A stretch of 64,000 nt of DNA from Escherichia coli (GCF_011045215.1 NZ_CP049202.1); one strand, 5' to 3'; shown: positions 22,009-32,454, numbered from the stretch's first letter. Notes: generated by a model from the letters alone, not told the origin. Numbers and translations: made by a program.

Positions 22009-22520
22009 ACTTACATAAAAAGTCACTAGTAGGGGGGCAACAGGAACAGGATACTCAGAGTGAACAGTTATAACAAACAATTGATTCAATTTACTGTTCC
22101 AGTGCCCCCCAAATCCCAACTCCGCCGCTTGTTGCTGTCAGCATGTTAATGCTGGGGTTCTAAGCCGGAATCCCAGAAAATTCCGTCATTAAAGCTGACG
22201 GTCACTCAATCGGTCGTTTGTGTTTACGGACAAGCCACTTGGCCAAGTGTAAGTTAACCTACGCCACCCGATAACTCCAACATCTGCACATAGTACACCT
22301 TTGCCACTAGACTCGATTTATCCATCCCCAGCGTTTTATACACCTACGGCAACTTCTCTCTACACACAGACGCTTATCTTTTGCTTACCGTATGTTTTCG
22401 TGTGGTTGACTTTCAAACTCTAGGTTTAGTATTTTAATCTGTAACATATGTGCTCTACTTTTATTTCAATGAGTTTACAGGTGAGCAAGGAGCAAATTAA
22501 ATCACAGAAGGTCAAATGGA

Positions 22521-23084
22521 ATGAAATTTAGTAATGTTATAAAAATTGTAGTATTAGCTTTTTTTTCTCTTATTGTTTCTGGATGCACTATTATGCACAA
22601 TATAACATTATATGTAGAAGGGGTTGATACATACAAAAGTTCAGTTCAATCACTTTTATACAAAACAGATGATACTCCATACTATAACGGCCCAATTAAT
22701 TACTTTATTAAAGCGGACAGAAAAAAAAGATACATCACTTATATATATGATGTTGGAGCATTCATCGTAGGAATGCCGTCTTTTTACAAAGAAAACATCA
22801 ATCAAGATCTAAAGAAACTAGATATGTTTATTGACTGGGCCAGCCAACCGTATGGTATGAGAGTTAAAACAAAAGATAAAGTAGAATCACAATTACCAAA
22901 CAATAGTATAAAAGCAGCAAAAGGTATTACTGATTTTTCTTTATATATGTCGAAAAAAATAAACAATAATGAACCTTACTTAGTATATACACGTGATGTG
23001 GATTATTTTAATAAGGTCATGTTCTTGATTAATAAAAGAAACGCTGAAAAAATGAAAGGAGAGCTAACCCTATTCCTTAAGTAA
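22521..23084 (+). CDS. Hypothetical lipoprotein
   Basis: 187-aa ORF with lipobox-like LIVSGC; very AT-rich. Confidence 0.45.
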   Translation: MKFSNVIKIVVLAFFSLIVSGCTIMHNITLYVEGVDTYKSSVQSLLYKTDDTPYYNGPINYFIKADRKKRYITYIYDVGAFIVGMPSFYKENINQDLKKLDMFIDWASQPYGMRVKTKDKVESQLPNNSIKAAKGITDFSLYMSKKINNNEPYLVYTRDVDYFNKVMFLINKRNAEKMKGELTLFLK

Positions 23085-23602
23085 GCAATTAGGGGATTGA
23101 GCGATGCAAGAAGTAGTAGTCATTTTTGGGGCTCAGAAAATATAATGAATAAATATTATCTGCTTGAACGATAGAAATTTAAACCCTAAAAAGCTTAAAA
23201 AAGCACCATGAAACGGATGTTTATTCAACACTGCCTGCGTGCCATGAGTACGCCGCCGTTAATTAAATGGACTGCATTGATTGATACCAGGTATCAGTGA
23301 TGGTTTTTTGCTCTGTTTCCCTCAAAATGGACGTAATTTCCCCGATGCGGCTCTCAGCCGCACCACCGCATTCGTGCCAGCGTTTCGCCGGACTCAGGAA
23401 ACCGTAGTACCTCACCATCCGGAACCCCTTATCGGGGTCTGAAGTCCAATGGAACGAAAACGTACGTTAGTGAAGTAACTGTCTGATATATCAAAACATA
23501 ATGGACATAGAAAAACGGTAAGCGTAAACCGACCGCCGTATGTAGCCATTAGACAAGAATTGGTAACTTAGACGCCCATCTGACACAGACGGACATCTAA
23601 GT

Positions 23603-24022
23603 ATGGAATTACAGGACTGGCGAAAAGAACCTCGTAAAAAGTATTCGAATGAATTCAAACTTCGTATGGTTGAACTGGCATCACAACCCGGTGCTTGTGT
23701 GGCTCAGATTGCACGAGAAAATGGCGTCAATGATAATGTTATTTTCAAATGGCTCAGACTCTGGCAAAACGAAGGGCGTATATCACGGCGTCTTCCGGTG
23801 ACAACCACTTCTGACGCAGGCCTTGAATTATTACCTGTAGAGATAACGCCTGATGAGCCGAAAGAACCGATGGCTGCTCTTACTCCGCCCTTATCCACTC
23901 AGACTACTGTCAGTGCCAGCTCCTGCAAGGTGGAGTTCCGTCACGGTAACATGACACTGGAAAATCCTTCACCAGAGCTGCTCACTGTATTGATTCGTGA
24001 ACTGACCGGGAGGGGAAGATGA
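23603..24022 (+). CDS. IS66 Orf1 (TnpA)
   Basis: 139-aa ORF. Confidence 0.8.
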   Translation: MELQDWRKEPRKKYSNEFKLRMVELASQPGACVAQIARENGVNDNVIFKWLRLWQNEGRISRRLPVTTTSDAGLELLPVEITPDEPKEPMAALTPPLSTQTTVSASSCKVEFRHGNMTLENPSPELLTVLIRELTGRGR

Positions 24023-24369
24023 TCTCACTCCCATCCGGTACCCGTATCTGGCTCGTTGCCGGGATAACCGATATGCGTAAGTCTTTCAACGGGCTGGGTG
24101 AACAGGTACAGCATGTGTTAAATGTTAATCCCTTCTCCGGTCACCTGTTTATCTTCCGTGGCCGACGGGGTGACACCGTTAAAATTCTTTGGGCTGATGC
24201 TGATGGTCTGTGCCTGTTCACCAAACGCCTGGAGGAAGGCCAGTTTATCTGGCCTGCGGTACGTGACGGCAAGGTATCCATTACCCGTTCGCAACTGGCA
24301 ATGCTCCTCGATAAGCTGGACTGGCGTCAGCCAAAAACATCCCGCCTTAACTCACTGACAATGTTGTAA
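24019..24369 (+). CDS. IS66 Orf2 (TnpB)
   Basis: 116-aa ORF overlapping orf1. Confidence 0.85.
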   Translation: MISLPSGTRIWLVAGITDMRKSFNGLGEQVQHVLNVNPFSGHLFIFRGRRGDTVKILWADADGLCLFTKRLEEGQFIWPAVRDGKVSITRSQLAMLLDKLDWRQPKTSRLNSLTML

Positions 24370-24399
24370 AAAACTCCTGACCGCATTATAAAAACGGCC

Positions 24400-26082
24400 A
24401 TGAGTCAGAAATACCTCATTCGCATTGCAGAACTGGAAAGCCAGCTCCGCCAGAAAGACCAGCAACTGAGTCTGGTTGAAGAGACGGAGGCCTTCCTGCG
24501 CTCTGCACTGGCACGTGCCGAAGAAAAGATCGAAGAAGATGAACGGGAAATAGAACATCTGCGGGCTCAGATAGAAAAACTGCGCCGGATGCTGTTCGGT
24601 ACCCGTTCTGAAAAACTGCGTCGTGAAGTTGAACAGGCTGAGGCCCTGCTGAAACAACGCGAACAGGACAGCGATCGTTACAGTGGGCGGGAAGACGATC
24701 CACAGGTTCCCCGCCAGTTGCGACAGTCGCGCCATCGTCGTCCGTTACCGGCACACCTTCCCCGTGAAATACAGCGTCTGGAGTCTGAAGAAAGCTGTTG
24801 CCCGGAGTGTGGCGGTGAGCTGGATTATCTGGGGGAAGTCAGTGCAGAACAACTGGAACTGGTGAGCAGCGCCCTGAAAGTGATCCGCACAGAACGGGTA
24901 AAAAAAGCCTGTATAAAATGTGACTGCATCGTTGAAGCACCGGCGCCGTCCCGCCCGATAGAGCGTGGTATCGCGGGCCCCGGATTACTTGCCCGCGTGT
25001 TAACGGGAAAATACTGCGAACACCTGCCACTGTATCGTCAGAGTGAAATCTTTGCCCGACAGGGTGTCGAACTGAGCCGTGCATTACTCTCCAACTGGGT
25101 TGACGCGTGCTGCCAGTTAATGACACCGCTGAATGATGCCCTGTACCGTTATGTGATGAATACCCGCAAGCTTCACACTGACGACACACCGGTAAAGGTA
25201 CTGGCACCGGGCCTGAAAAAGACGAAAACAGGGCGCATCTGGACGTATGTCCGGGATGATCGCAATGCGGGTTCGTCATCTCCTCCGGCGGTCTGGTTCG
25301 CGTACTCACCGAACCGGCAGGGGAAACACCCGGAGCAACACCTCCGCCCCTTCCGGGGTATCCTGCAGGCGGATGCGTTCACAGGTTATGACAGGCTGTT
25401 CAGTGCAGAACGTGAAGGTGGTGCGCTGACAGAAGTTGCGTGCTGGGCCCATGCCCGGAGAAAAATCCACGATGTATACATCAGCAGCAAAAGTGCGACG
25501 GCAGAAGAAGCCCTGAAGCGAATCAGTGAACTGTACGCCATCGAGGATGAGATACGGGGATTACCAGAGTCAGAGCGTCTTGCAGTCAGACAGCAGCGAA
25601 GCAAAGCGTTACTGACGTCGCTGCATGAATGGATGGTGGAGAAGAATGGCACGCTGTCGAAAAAATCCAGACTGGGCGAAGCGTTCAGCTATGTACTGAA
25701 TCAGTGGGACGCCCTCTGTTATTACAGTGATGACGGACTGGCGGAGACGGACAATAACACAGCGGAAAGAGCGCTTCGTGCAGTCTGTCTTGGAAAGAAA
25801 AATTACGTGTTCTTCGGTAGCGATCACGGCGGCGAGCGTGGTGCACTGCTATACGGGCTGATCGGCACCTGCCGTCTGAACGGTATCGATCCGGAAGCGT
25901 ATCTGCGCCATATTCTGAGCGTACTGCCGGAATGGCCCTCCAACCGTGTTGACGAACTCCTTGCAAAATGGCATCTGAATCGATCGCAGTTTGGCATTCG
26001 AATCGATCATGATTTGGCATCCATCTCCGATCACAGTTTGGCATCACAATCGATCACGATTTGGCATACTTCCGATCATTGA
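24400..26082 (+). CDS. IS66 TnpC transposase, 3' end altered by IS21 insertion
   Basis: 560-aa ORF; the last ~35 codons read into IS21 terminal repeats. Confidence 0.75.
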   Translation: MSQKYLIRIAELESQLRQKDQQLSLVEETEAFLRSALARAEEKIEEDEREIEHLRAQIEKLRRMLFGTRSEKLRREVEQAEALLKQREQDSDRYSGREDDPQVPRQLRQSRHRRPLPAHLPREIQRLESEESCCPECGGELDYLGEVSAEQLELVSSALKVIRTERVKKACIKCDCIVEAPAPSRPIERGIAGPGLLARVLTGKYCEHLPLYRQSEIFARQGVELSRALLSNWVDACCQLMTPLNDALYRYVMNTRKLHTDDTPVKVLAPGLKKTKTGRIWTYVRDDRNAGSSSPPAVWFAYSPNRQGKHPEQHLRPFRGILQADAFTGYDRLFSAEREGGALTEVACWAHARRKIHDVYISSKSATAEEALKRISELYAIEDEIRGLPESERLAVRQQRSKALLTSLHEWMVEKNGTLSKKSRLGEAFSYVLNQWDALCYYSDDGLAETDNNTAERALRAVCLGKKNYVFFGSDHGGERGALLYGLIGTCRLNGIDPEAYLRHILSVLPEWPSNRVDELLAKWHLNRSQFGIRIDHDLASISDHSLASQSITIWHTSDH

Positions 26083-26162
26083 TTGGAATTCGCCAGTCAC
26101 TCCGGGAATTAACTCTTTTCACCACAGTCTCCATTGCCGTGTTTAAACCAGTGGAGACGTCA

Positions 26163-27728
26163 ATGTCCAAAAAGAGAAAATCCAGGAGCACTATGGAAAC
26201 TTGTTTTAAGATCCTTCAGCTCAAGTTCGATAAGAAGCTGACTAACCGTTGTATCGGACTGACGTTACACATCAGCGCCTCAACCGTTTTTGAGGTTCTT
26301 GCCCGCTTCAAAGCCTCTTCTCTGTCATGGCCATTACCTGCTGATATATCCCATGACACGCTGGAGAAACTCATTTTCCCGCCCAAAGACACCTCTGCGT
26401 CAGAGCTTGTTATGCCTGACATGCTGTACTTCGATACGGAAATGAGAAAACCTGGCGTGACGCGCCAACTGTTGTGGATGGAATACAAGGCACAGGCGGG
26501 TGACAAAGCGATGGGATACTCACACTTCTGCCGTTGCTACCGGAAGTGGAAAAAAACGCGACGCCTCTCCATGCGACAGGAGCATCGTGCTGGCGAAAAG
26601 CTCTTTATCGACTTCTGTGGTCCTACGGTCCCTGTTATTAATCCGGACACCGGAGAGATACGCCGCGTGGCAATCTTCGTGGCTGTAATGGGGGCGTCCA
26701 ACTATACCTATGTTGAAGCGTGCGAAGGTCAGGACATGATGTCATGGTTAAATGCCCACAGCCGTTGCCTGACCTTCCTGGGCGGCGTACCGAAGCTGCT
26801 CATCCCCGATAACCTCAGAAGCGCAGTGAAAAAAGCCGATCGCTATGAGCCTGTCATCAACGACAGTTATCAGGCGCTGGCTGAGCACTATGGCACGGTT
26901 ATTATCCCGGCCCGCCCGCGCAAACCTAAAGATAAACCAAAAGCAGAAAACGGCGTCCTCATCGTCGAGCGATGGCTTCTTGCCCGCATCCGTAATGAAA
27001 CCTTCCACACGCTCAGGGCGCTGAATGCACGCCTTCGGGAGTTGCTGACGGACATGAATAACCGACCAATGAAGGGATACGGTAATCAAACCCGCGCAGA
27101 ACGCTTCCGCATGCTGGATGCACCAGCACTCTCTCCGCTGCCTCTGGAGCCTTATGAATACACGGAATACAAAGCCGTGAAGGTTGGCCCTGACTACCAC
27201 GTTGAATATGCCCGTCACTGGTACTCCGTTCCACACGAACTGGTCGGTCAGCGTCTGTCACTGAAGGTGGGGCAGTCGGTGGTACAGCTCTGGCACAAGG
27301 GGCAGTGTGTGGCGCAACATCCGCGCAGCACACATGAATATAAACACACAACCAATCCGCTTCACATGCCAGAACGCCACCGGCGGCATGGGACATGGAC
27401 ACCGGAACGCCTTATCGAGCAGGGAAACCGTACAGGTCCGTCCACAGGCCGGGTGGTTGAATCCATGCTGAAAGCCAAACCCCATCCGGAGCTGGCTTAC
27501 CGTGCAGTCCTGGGTCTGCTGGCACTTCAGAAAAAATACGGCCCGGAACGGCTGGAAAAGGCCTGTTACGTTGCCCTGCACTATAACGCCCCGGACAGAC
27601 GCTTTATCGACAATCTGCTGCGTCATCATCGGGATAACGTTGAGCTTCCGTTATCCCGCCAGGGCGAACAACATCCGGCATATGCTTCAGAGCATGAAAA
27701 CCTGCGTGGTCCTGGCTACTACCACTGA
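26163..27728 (+). CDS. istA: IS21 IstA transposase
   Basis: About 521 aa from Met MSKKRK… within track ORF 26061..27728. Confidence 0.8.
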   Translation: MSKKRKSRSTMETCFKILQLKFDKKLTNRCIGLTLHISASTVFEVLARFKASSLSWPLPADISHDTLEKLIFPPKDTSASELVMPDMLYFDTEMRKPGVTRQLLWMEYKAQAGDKAMGYSHFCRCYRKWKKTRRLSMRQEHRAGEKLFIDFCGPTVPVINPDTGEIRRVAIFVAVMGASNYTYVEACEGQDMMSWLNAHSRCLTFLGGVPKLLIPDNLRSAVKKADRYEPVINDSYQALAEHYGTVIIPARPRKPKDKPKAENGVLIVERWLLARIRNETFHTLRALNARLRELLTDMNNRPMKGYGNQTRAERFRMLDAPALSPLPLEPYEYTEYKAVKVGPDYHVEYARHWYSVPHELVGQRLSLKVGQSVVQLWHKGQCVAQHPRSTHEYKHTTNPLHMPERHRRHGTWTPERLIEQGNRTGPSTGRVVESMLKAKPHPELAYRAVLGLLALQKKYGPERLEKACYVALHYNAPDRRFIDNLLRHHRDNVELPLSRQGEQHPAYASEHENLRGPGYYH

Positions 27729-27744
27729 CAGAAGGAACAACCGT

Positions 27745-28500
27745 ATGAGTGATAATCTGTTAAACAAACTGACCCAACTGAAACTCCCGGCGATGGCCGG
27801 GAGCCTGATACGGCAACGGGAAACGCCTCAGACTTACGACGAACTGTCGTTCGAGGAAAGGCTGACACTGCTGGTTGATGACGAGCTTCTGAGCAGAGAA
27901 AACAGTCGTGTGGCACGGTTGAGAAAAAATGCCTGCCTGAAATATCAGGCAACACCGGAAGGGCTGCGTTATCCGGCCTCAAGAGGTCTGCGGGCTGAAC
28001 AGATGAGGGAACTGCTGAACGGCCACTACATAATCCACAGGAAAAACCTACTGATAACCGGTCCGACAGGATGCGGTAAGAGCTGGATAGCCAATGCGCT
28101 GGGCGAACAGGCATGTCGACAGAAATACAGCGTCCGGTACTGTAGAACCGGGCGATTACTGGAACAGTTGGCTCAGGGACGTGTTGATGGCAGTTGGCTG
28201 AAATATCTGAAACAGTTGCAAAAAATACAGGTTCTAATCCTGGACGATCTGGGGCTGGAACAGTTAAGTAACGCCCAGTGTAATGACCTTCTGGAGATCA
28301 CAGAGGATCGTTACGGACAAAGCAGCACGATAGTGGTAAGCCAGTTCCCGGTAGATAAATGGCATGGTCTGATGGAGAACCCAACAACAGCAGATGCCAT
28401 CCTGGACAGACTGGTACATAACTCACACAGAGTGGTCCTTCAGGGAGAGTCCCTGAGGAAAAATCCCCCGACAGTGGAAAGCAGCGAAAAAACGAGTTAA
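27745..28500 (+). CDS. istB: IS21 IstB ATP-binding helper
   Basis: About 251 aa from Met MSDNLL… within track ORF 27502..28500; Walker A GPTGCGKS. Confidence 0.8.
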   Translation: MSDNLLNKLTQLKLPAMAGSLIRQRETPQTYDELSFEERLTLLVDDELLSRENSRVARLRKNACLKYQATPEGLRYPASRGLRAEQMRELLNGHYIIHRKNLLITGPTGCGKSWIANALGEQACRQKYSVRYCRTGRLLEQLAQGRVDGSWLKYLKQLQKIQVLILDDLGLEQLSNAQCNDLLEITEDRYGQSSTIVVSQFPVDKWHGLMENPTTADAILDRLVHNSHRVVLQGESLRKNPPTVESSEKTS

Positions 28501-28620
28501 AAAGCGGTAGAAAAAGTTAAGTTCCCGGTTGATCGAATGGATGCGAATCGCTGATCGAACTTCGATGCCAATCCGTGATCGAATAGAGCGGAATACGCAC
28601 TCCTGCCATGGAACGTGGTT

Positions 28621-28730
28621 CTCACCAATAAATAAGCGTCAATACGGTGCTCCGTTGACGCTTACGAACGTAGTACTCACCAATAAATAAGTGTCAATAC
28701 GGCGCTCCGTTAACGCTTACGAGTAATGGT
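28621..28730. repeat. Tandem direct repeat, 2 x 55 bp, each with a short palindromic core
   Basis: 28621-28675 and 28676-28730 differ at only a few positions; each contains GTCAATACGG…CCGTTGAC. Confidence 0.7.
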
Positions 28731-28789
28731 GTTGTCGAAGGTCATGTAAATCGCCTGAAGATGCTAAAACGCCAGATGTATGGTCGAGC

Positions 28790-29103
28790 GGATTTGAACT
28801 ACTCAGGCAGAGGGTCATGAGTCCACTGGCATGAAAATCTCAACCCAGGTTGCGGAAGAGCCGTTTTTCGGCTTTTGCGACATCCTGCGGCCACTGGCGC
28901 AGGGATTTAAACGGAATGTCGTAAAGTTCACAGTACTGTTCACGGGTAAGGCCGCTTGCGCGCCATGCGGCAACGTGATGTTTTTTCTGATCAAGCGTCC
29001 ATCGCATCCTGGGCATTGTTTACTCTCCACAGAAAGAAGTTATACGAATACCGGAATGCTAATGAACAGAATATTTCTGTGAAAGATGAGGTCCCCGGAA
29101 CAT
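28790..29103 (-). mobile_element. Inverted IS66 left-end fragment (terminal region plus 5' part of orf1)
   Basis: Reverse complement of 29040-29103 matches 17567-17640; ORF 28815..29030 repeats the IS66-A orf1 region. Confidence 0.65.
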
Positions 29104-29108
29104 TACGA

Positions 29109-29747
29109 TTAATTAACAGTCCAGGATTGACTGAAATTTTCTTCCTGAAACAGTTCCGTCAGCCCGCTAATCTGTTTCAGTCTCAGCACTTCATCCTGGT
29201 CCATCCCCAGCTCTGTACCAATGCGTTCATCCGTCCAGCCCAGACGTGACAGGTCTCTGACAATATCAGACATTGAGGTTATCTGGTGTTTCCCCCTGGC
29301 CCGGTTATGTCGAATGGTCGCAGCAATACGTGAGGCCTGCCCCCTTCTGTCCGGATTAATACAGGTCACTGGCAACCAGCCCTTCAGACGTTTTCCCGTA
29401 CCTGCTTCCCTGCCCAGTAATTGACGATGAAAACCATCCACGACCAGATAATGCTCCTTCTCTTCCGAGACAACCACAGGCTGCGTGAACCCATCCTGCT
29501 CCAGTGAATGTTTCAGCAGTTTTTTCTCACCCGGTGCCATGACATTGGGGTTATAATCATTGGCCACCACCTCATCCGCTTTCACCCACAGCACACAGTC
29601 CACAGGCTCCTGTGCAAAAGGACTGACCTCATGCAGCACCCTGCGCAGATGATTCAGAGCCTGTATGGTCTCTTCTTCTGCTCGCTCCTGGCTGAAGTAC
29701 TGACGAATCATGTTACCCAGTATCTCCGCTGTCACAGAATCCCCCAT
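29109..29747 (-). CDS. ibrB: ParB-like nuclease-domain protein, IbrB-like
   Basis: 212-aa ORF recognised as ParB/Srx-fold IbrB-like; overlaps upstream partner by 16 nt. Confidence 0.6.
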   Translation of the reverse strand: MGDSVTAEILGNMIRQYFSQERAEEETIQALNHLRRVLHEVSPFAQEPVDCVLWVKADEVVANDYNPNVMAPGEKKLLKHSLEQDGFTQPVVVSEEKEHYLVVDGFHRQLLGREAGTGKRLKGWLPVTCINPDRRGQASRIAATIRHNRARGKHQITSMSDIVRDLSRLGWTDERIGTELGMDQDEVLRLKQISGLTELFQEENFSQSWTVN

Positions 29748-30982
29748 TCCTTCCTCCTTTCTTTCATACGCTGCAGGTAACGTTCATAGTGCCGGGGTTT
29801 GTTCGGGCTGAAGGAGAGGGTCCGGCACCAGAAATCATTCTTTATGAGTGTCTTACAGATACGTCGCCAGGACGGAATATCCCGGCAGCCCAGGTCATTT
29901 TCCTGTTCATCCGGGATATCGTCCGGGAAGCCCCGCGTTTGATACCAGCGCAGGTAGACAGCAATTTTGTTACGGTAATGTTCTGCCGTTCTTTCCGGCA
30001 TCACATCCAGCAGGAACATCGCATAGCTGCGCCAGGTATGATGAGCCGGTTTTGATATACGTTTACGCAGGGCAAAATAGGCACCGCTTTCATTGGCATA
30101 ACGCGCCCCACTGGCAGCCCCTGACACCCGCTCACACATCCTGGCCCAGGTTTCCGGCTCCAGAACATGGTAAAGCCACAGCCCCTTACGTTGTTCCGGG
30201 CCAAAAGGCTCACAGACACGCATGTTACGTAACGGCACACCGGCACGGTACATCAGGTCATACAGGGGATTGTAGATGGCACGGGTTCTGGCGTTATATA
30301 TCCAGATATCACGGGCTTTCCAGTCATACAATGGATACATGGTGTAGTAAAACCCTTGAGGTGATGCCGTGGTCCAGGGTTTATCATCGGCATATCTGAG
30401 CTTACGCTGAGACACCAGTCCCATAAAGCGGTTGAGGGATTCATCCGCACGGACACCAGTCAGTATCGCCACACCGCACCGGTTACCGGCAAACCAGGAA
30501 GAAAATGCCGGAACAAATTCTTCAAAGGTCATGGCATACCGGTAGAAGGGAAAATACGCCATATCCGTAATGGCCTCTTCCGGTGGCTGACGGACCCAGG
30601 TCACACCAGGTTCCCAGCATATCCACTCCGGCTGAAACTGTGAGACACCGTTTACCGTGGTCAGGGGAAGTGCCACCCAGTAAAAGGTCTCCGTCACATC
30701 CCCGTACATATTCCGCATCTTCTGAATATGTTCAACGGTACACTGGTACTGGGCTTCCCAGTCAATGAACAGTACAGAGAATCGACGTTTTTTCCTGCGG
30801 GCCACATTTGCCACAAGATGGAACAGTACGGTGGAATCCTTTCCACCTGAAAAAGACAGACATACCGACGGAAATGTTTCAAAAACCCACTCAATGCGGG
30901 CAATTGCAGCACGCAGAACGTTATTACCTGTCAGGATTTTTGTGATGAAAGAGTCATTCACTTCTGCTTTTCTCATTAACAA
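29732..30982 (-). CDS. ibrA: PAPS-reductase/PP-loop ATP-pyrophosphatase family protein, IbrA-like
   Basis: 416-aa ORF with PP-loop motif SGGKDS near N-terminus; operon partner of ParB-like gene. Confidence 0.6.
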   Translation of the reverse strand: MLMRKAEVNDSFITKILTGNNVLRAAIARIEWVFETFPSVCLSFSGGKDSTVLFHLVANVARRKKRRFSVLFIDWEAQYQCTVEHIQKMRNMYGDVTETFYWVALPLTTVNGVSQFQPEWICWEPGVTWVRQPPEEAITDMAYFPFYRYAMTFEEFVPAFSSWFAGNRCGVAILTGVRADESLNRFMGLVSQRKLRYADDKPWTTASPQGFYYTMYPLYDWKARDIWIYNARTRAIYNPLYDLMYRAGVPLRNMRVCEPFGPEQRKGLWLYHVLEPETWARMCERVSGAASGARYANESGAYFALRKRISKPAHHTWRSYAMFLLDVMPERTAEHYRNKIAVYLRWYQTRGFPDDIPDEQENDLGCRDIPSWRRICKTLIKNDFWCRTLSFSPNKPRHYERYLQRMKERRKEWGIL

Positions 30983-31614
30983 ATAAGAGGCTCTCCTCTT
31001 CCCGAAGAATTCTCCTGGCTATATATCCTGAGCACCCGGCGCAACCCTGAGAAAAATCAGGAATAACACATATCAGAAATCATCTTCTGTTAATCCCCTG
31101 CCACGACGTGTGCATAAAAATAATAAACACCAGACGCTTCCTGACAATAACTACCAGCCAAATGGTCTGCCACAGTCTGTACTGTTATCTTCACACCCAT
31201 GGTCCCTGATTCGTTCCATTCGTATATCGCGCTTCTGATGTCCTTTACTGTCCTCTTTATATATCGGTGTACCTGCCCCTCCTGTTATAATCTGTTCCCT
31301 GCCGCTGTAAATCGCTTCATCTGGCGGAACACAGGATGTAATACAGAATAACACGGTCAGTACCGGGTAACATAATAAACATCTTTTCCTGAACATAATA
31401 TTACACCGTAAAACATTACTCCTGTTAATCAGAACCACATGCCCGGTTTTTTAATCTTTTATAAAACATTATTTCTCCGCTCCCTCCCACTGATAACGCG
31501 CCTGACAATCTCCGGCCGTTTTCTTTCTCATGCCCCTCCCCGGACTCATCATTCAGCATCAGCGAAATTTCACTACTCCCCCCTGAATGTCTGTCTCCGG
31601 CACCGCCCTTCCGG

Positions 31615-32454
31615 TTAACTGACCGGGATGTAAAGCGTACAGAACACCCGCTCCTCATGGTAACGAAAGACGAGTATGTCCACCCCGGGCGTACGGACAA
31701 CTCCATGAGCGGGCAGGATGTTCATATAAATGTAATCTGCACGGGCCGCATGGGTGGTCGTTGTGGTCTCAAACGTGACAGACAGGTAATCCCCCTCGGC
31801 CCATGAGAAGACGTTTCCGCACGGGTTATCCGGTGCGCCCACACCACAACGGACCTCATAATCCCCTTTCCTGCCTCCCACCGGCGTTATTGCCGTCACC
31901 ACCAACCACTGAGCCTCCTGCTGACAGGCAAACACACTTTCGGAAAATGCCGCCGCCCCGTTATCCCGGACCTCATGTATACGGCCGGAAAACGTCAGTG
32001 GTCGTCCCACAATACGGCCTTCCGGAAGATGAACCCTCTCCGGGACCGGAACAGAAAAAGAGATGCCGGCACGACCTGCCAGCGGCAAAAGCCGCCATTC
32101 CGGCTGGCTGCGGTACTGTCCGGGCGTCACGCCGGCTGTTTTCCTGAATTCACGGTTAAATGTCTGCTGGGAATCAAATCCCAGACTACAGGCAATATCC
32201 TGAAACCCACGTAACGACAGGCGACAGAGCAGGGCAGCCCGACTCAGTCGCCTGCGACGAATATATTCGCCCAGCCGCATTCCCGTCTCCAGCAGAAAAA
32301 TACGCTGCAGATGTCTGCGGCAGTAACCGGAATAAGCACTCAGTGAATGAATGCTCATCCGTTTACCACTTTCAAGATGAAGTTCGATATATTCGATAAT
32401 CCTGTCAATGGTCATTTTCCGTATCAGCGCCGTCCCTGTCTTTTTATCATTCAT
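31615..32454 (-). CDS. AraC-family transcriptional regulator with N-terminal HTH and C-terminal GyrI-like effector domain (Rob-type architecture)
   Basis: 279-aa ORF; N-terminal AraC HTH signature (…DSQQTFNREFRK…TPGQYR); paralogue of 39180..40085. Confidence 0.7.
   Translation of the reverse strand: MNDKKTGTALIRKMTIDRIIEYIELHLESGKRMSIHSLSAYSGYCRRHLQRIFLLETGMRLGEYIRRRRLSRAALLCRLSLRGFQDIACSLGFDSQQTFNREFRKTAGVTPGQYRSQPEWRLLPLAGRAGISFSVPVPERVHLPEGRIVGRPLTFSGRIHEVRDNGAAAFSESVFACQQEAQWLVVTAITPVGGRKGDYEVRCGVGAPDNPCGNVFSWAEGDYLSVTFETTTTTHAARADYIYMNILPAHGVVRTPGVDILVFRYHEERVFCTLYIPVS

Larger units (their letters stand above)
25975..28575 (+). mobile_element. IS21-family insertion sequence (istA-istB), boundaries approximate
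   Basis: Multiple GATTTGGCAT-like terminal repeats at the left end and their complements at the right end; istA/istB gene pair. Confidence 0.7.
23518..28730 (+). mobile_element. IS66-family element (copy B) carrying a nested IS21-family insertion near the 3' end of tnpC
   Basis: GTAAGCG-type terminal sequence at ~23518; orf1/orf2/tnpC; tnpC reading frame runs into IS21 terminal repeats; IS66-type end (…CGTTAACGCTTAC) at ~28715. Confidence 0.6.

Noticed and set aside
24416-25827. Several 60-160-aa ORFs on both strands within IS66-B tnpC
   Set aside because: They overlap a well-supported transposase gene in alternative frames and have biased Arg/Ser/Pro-rich composition
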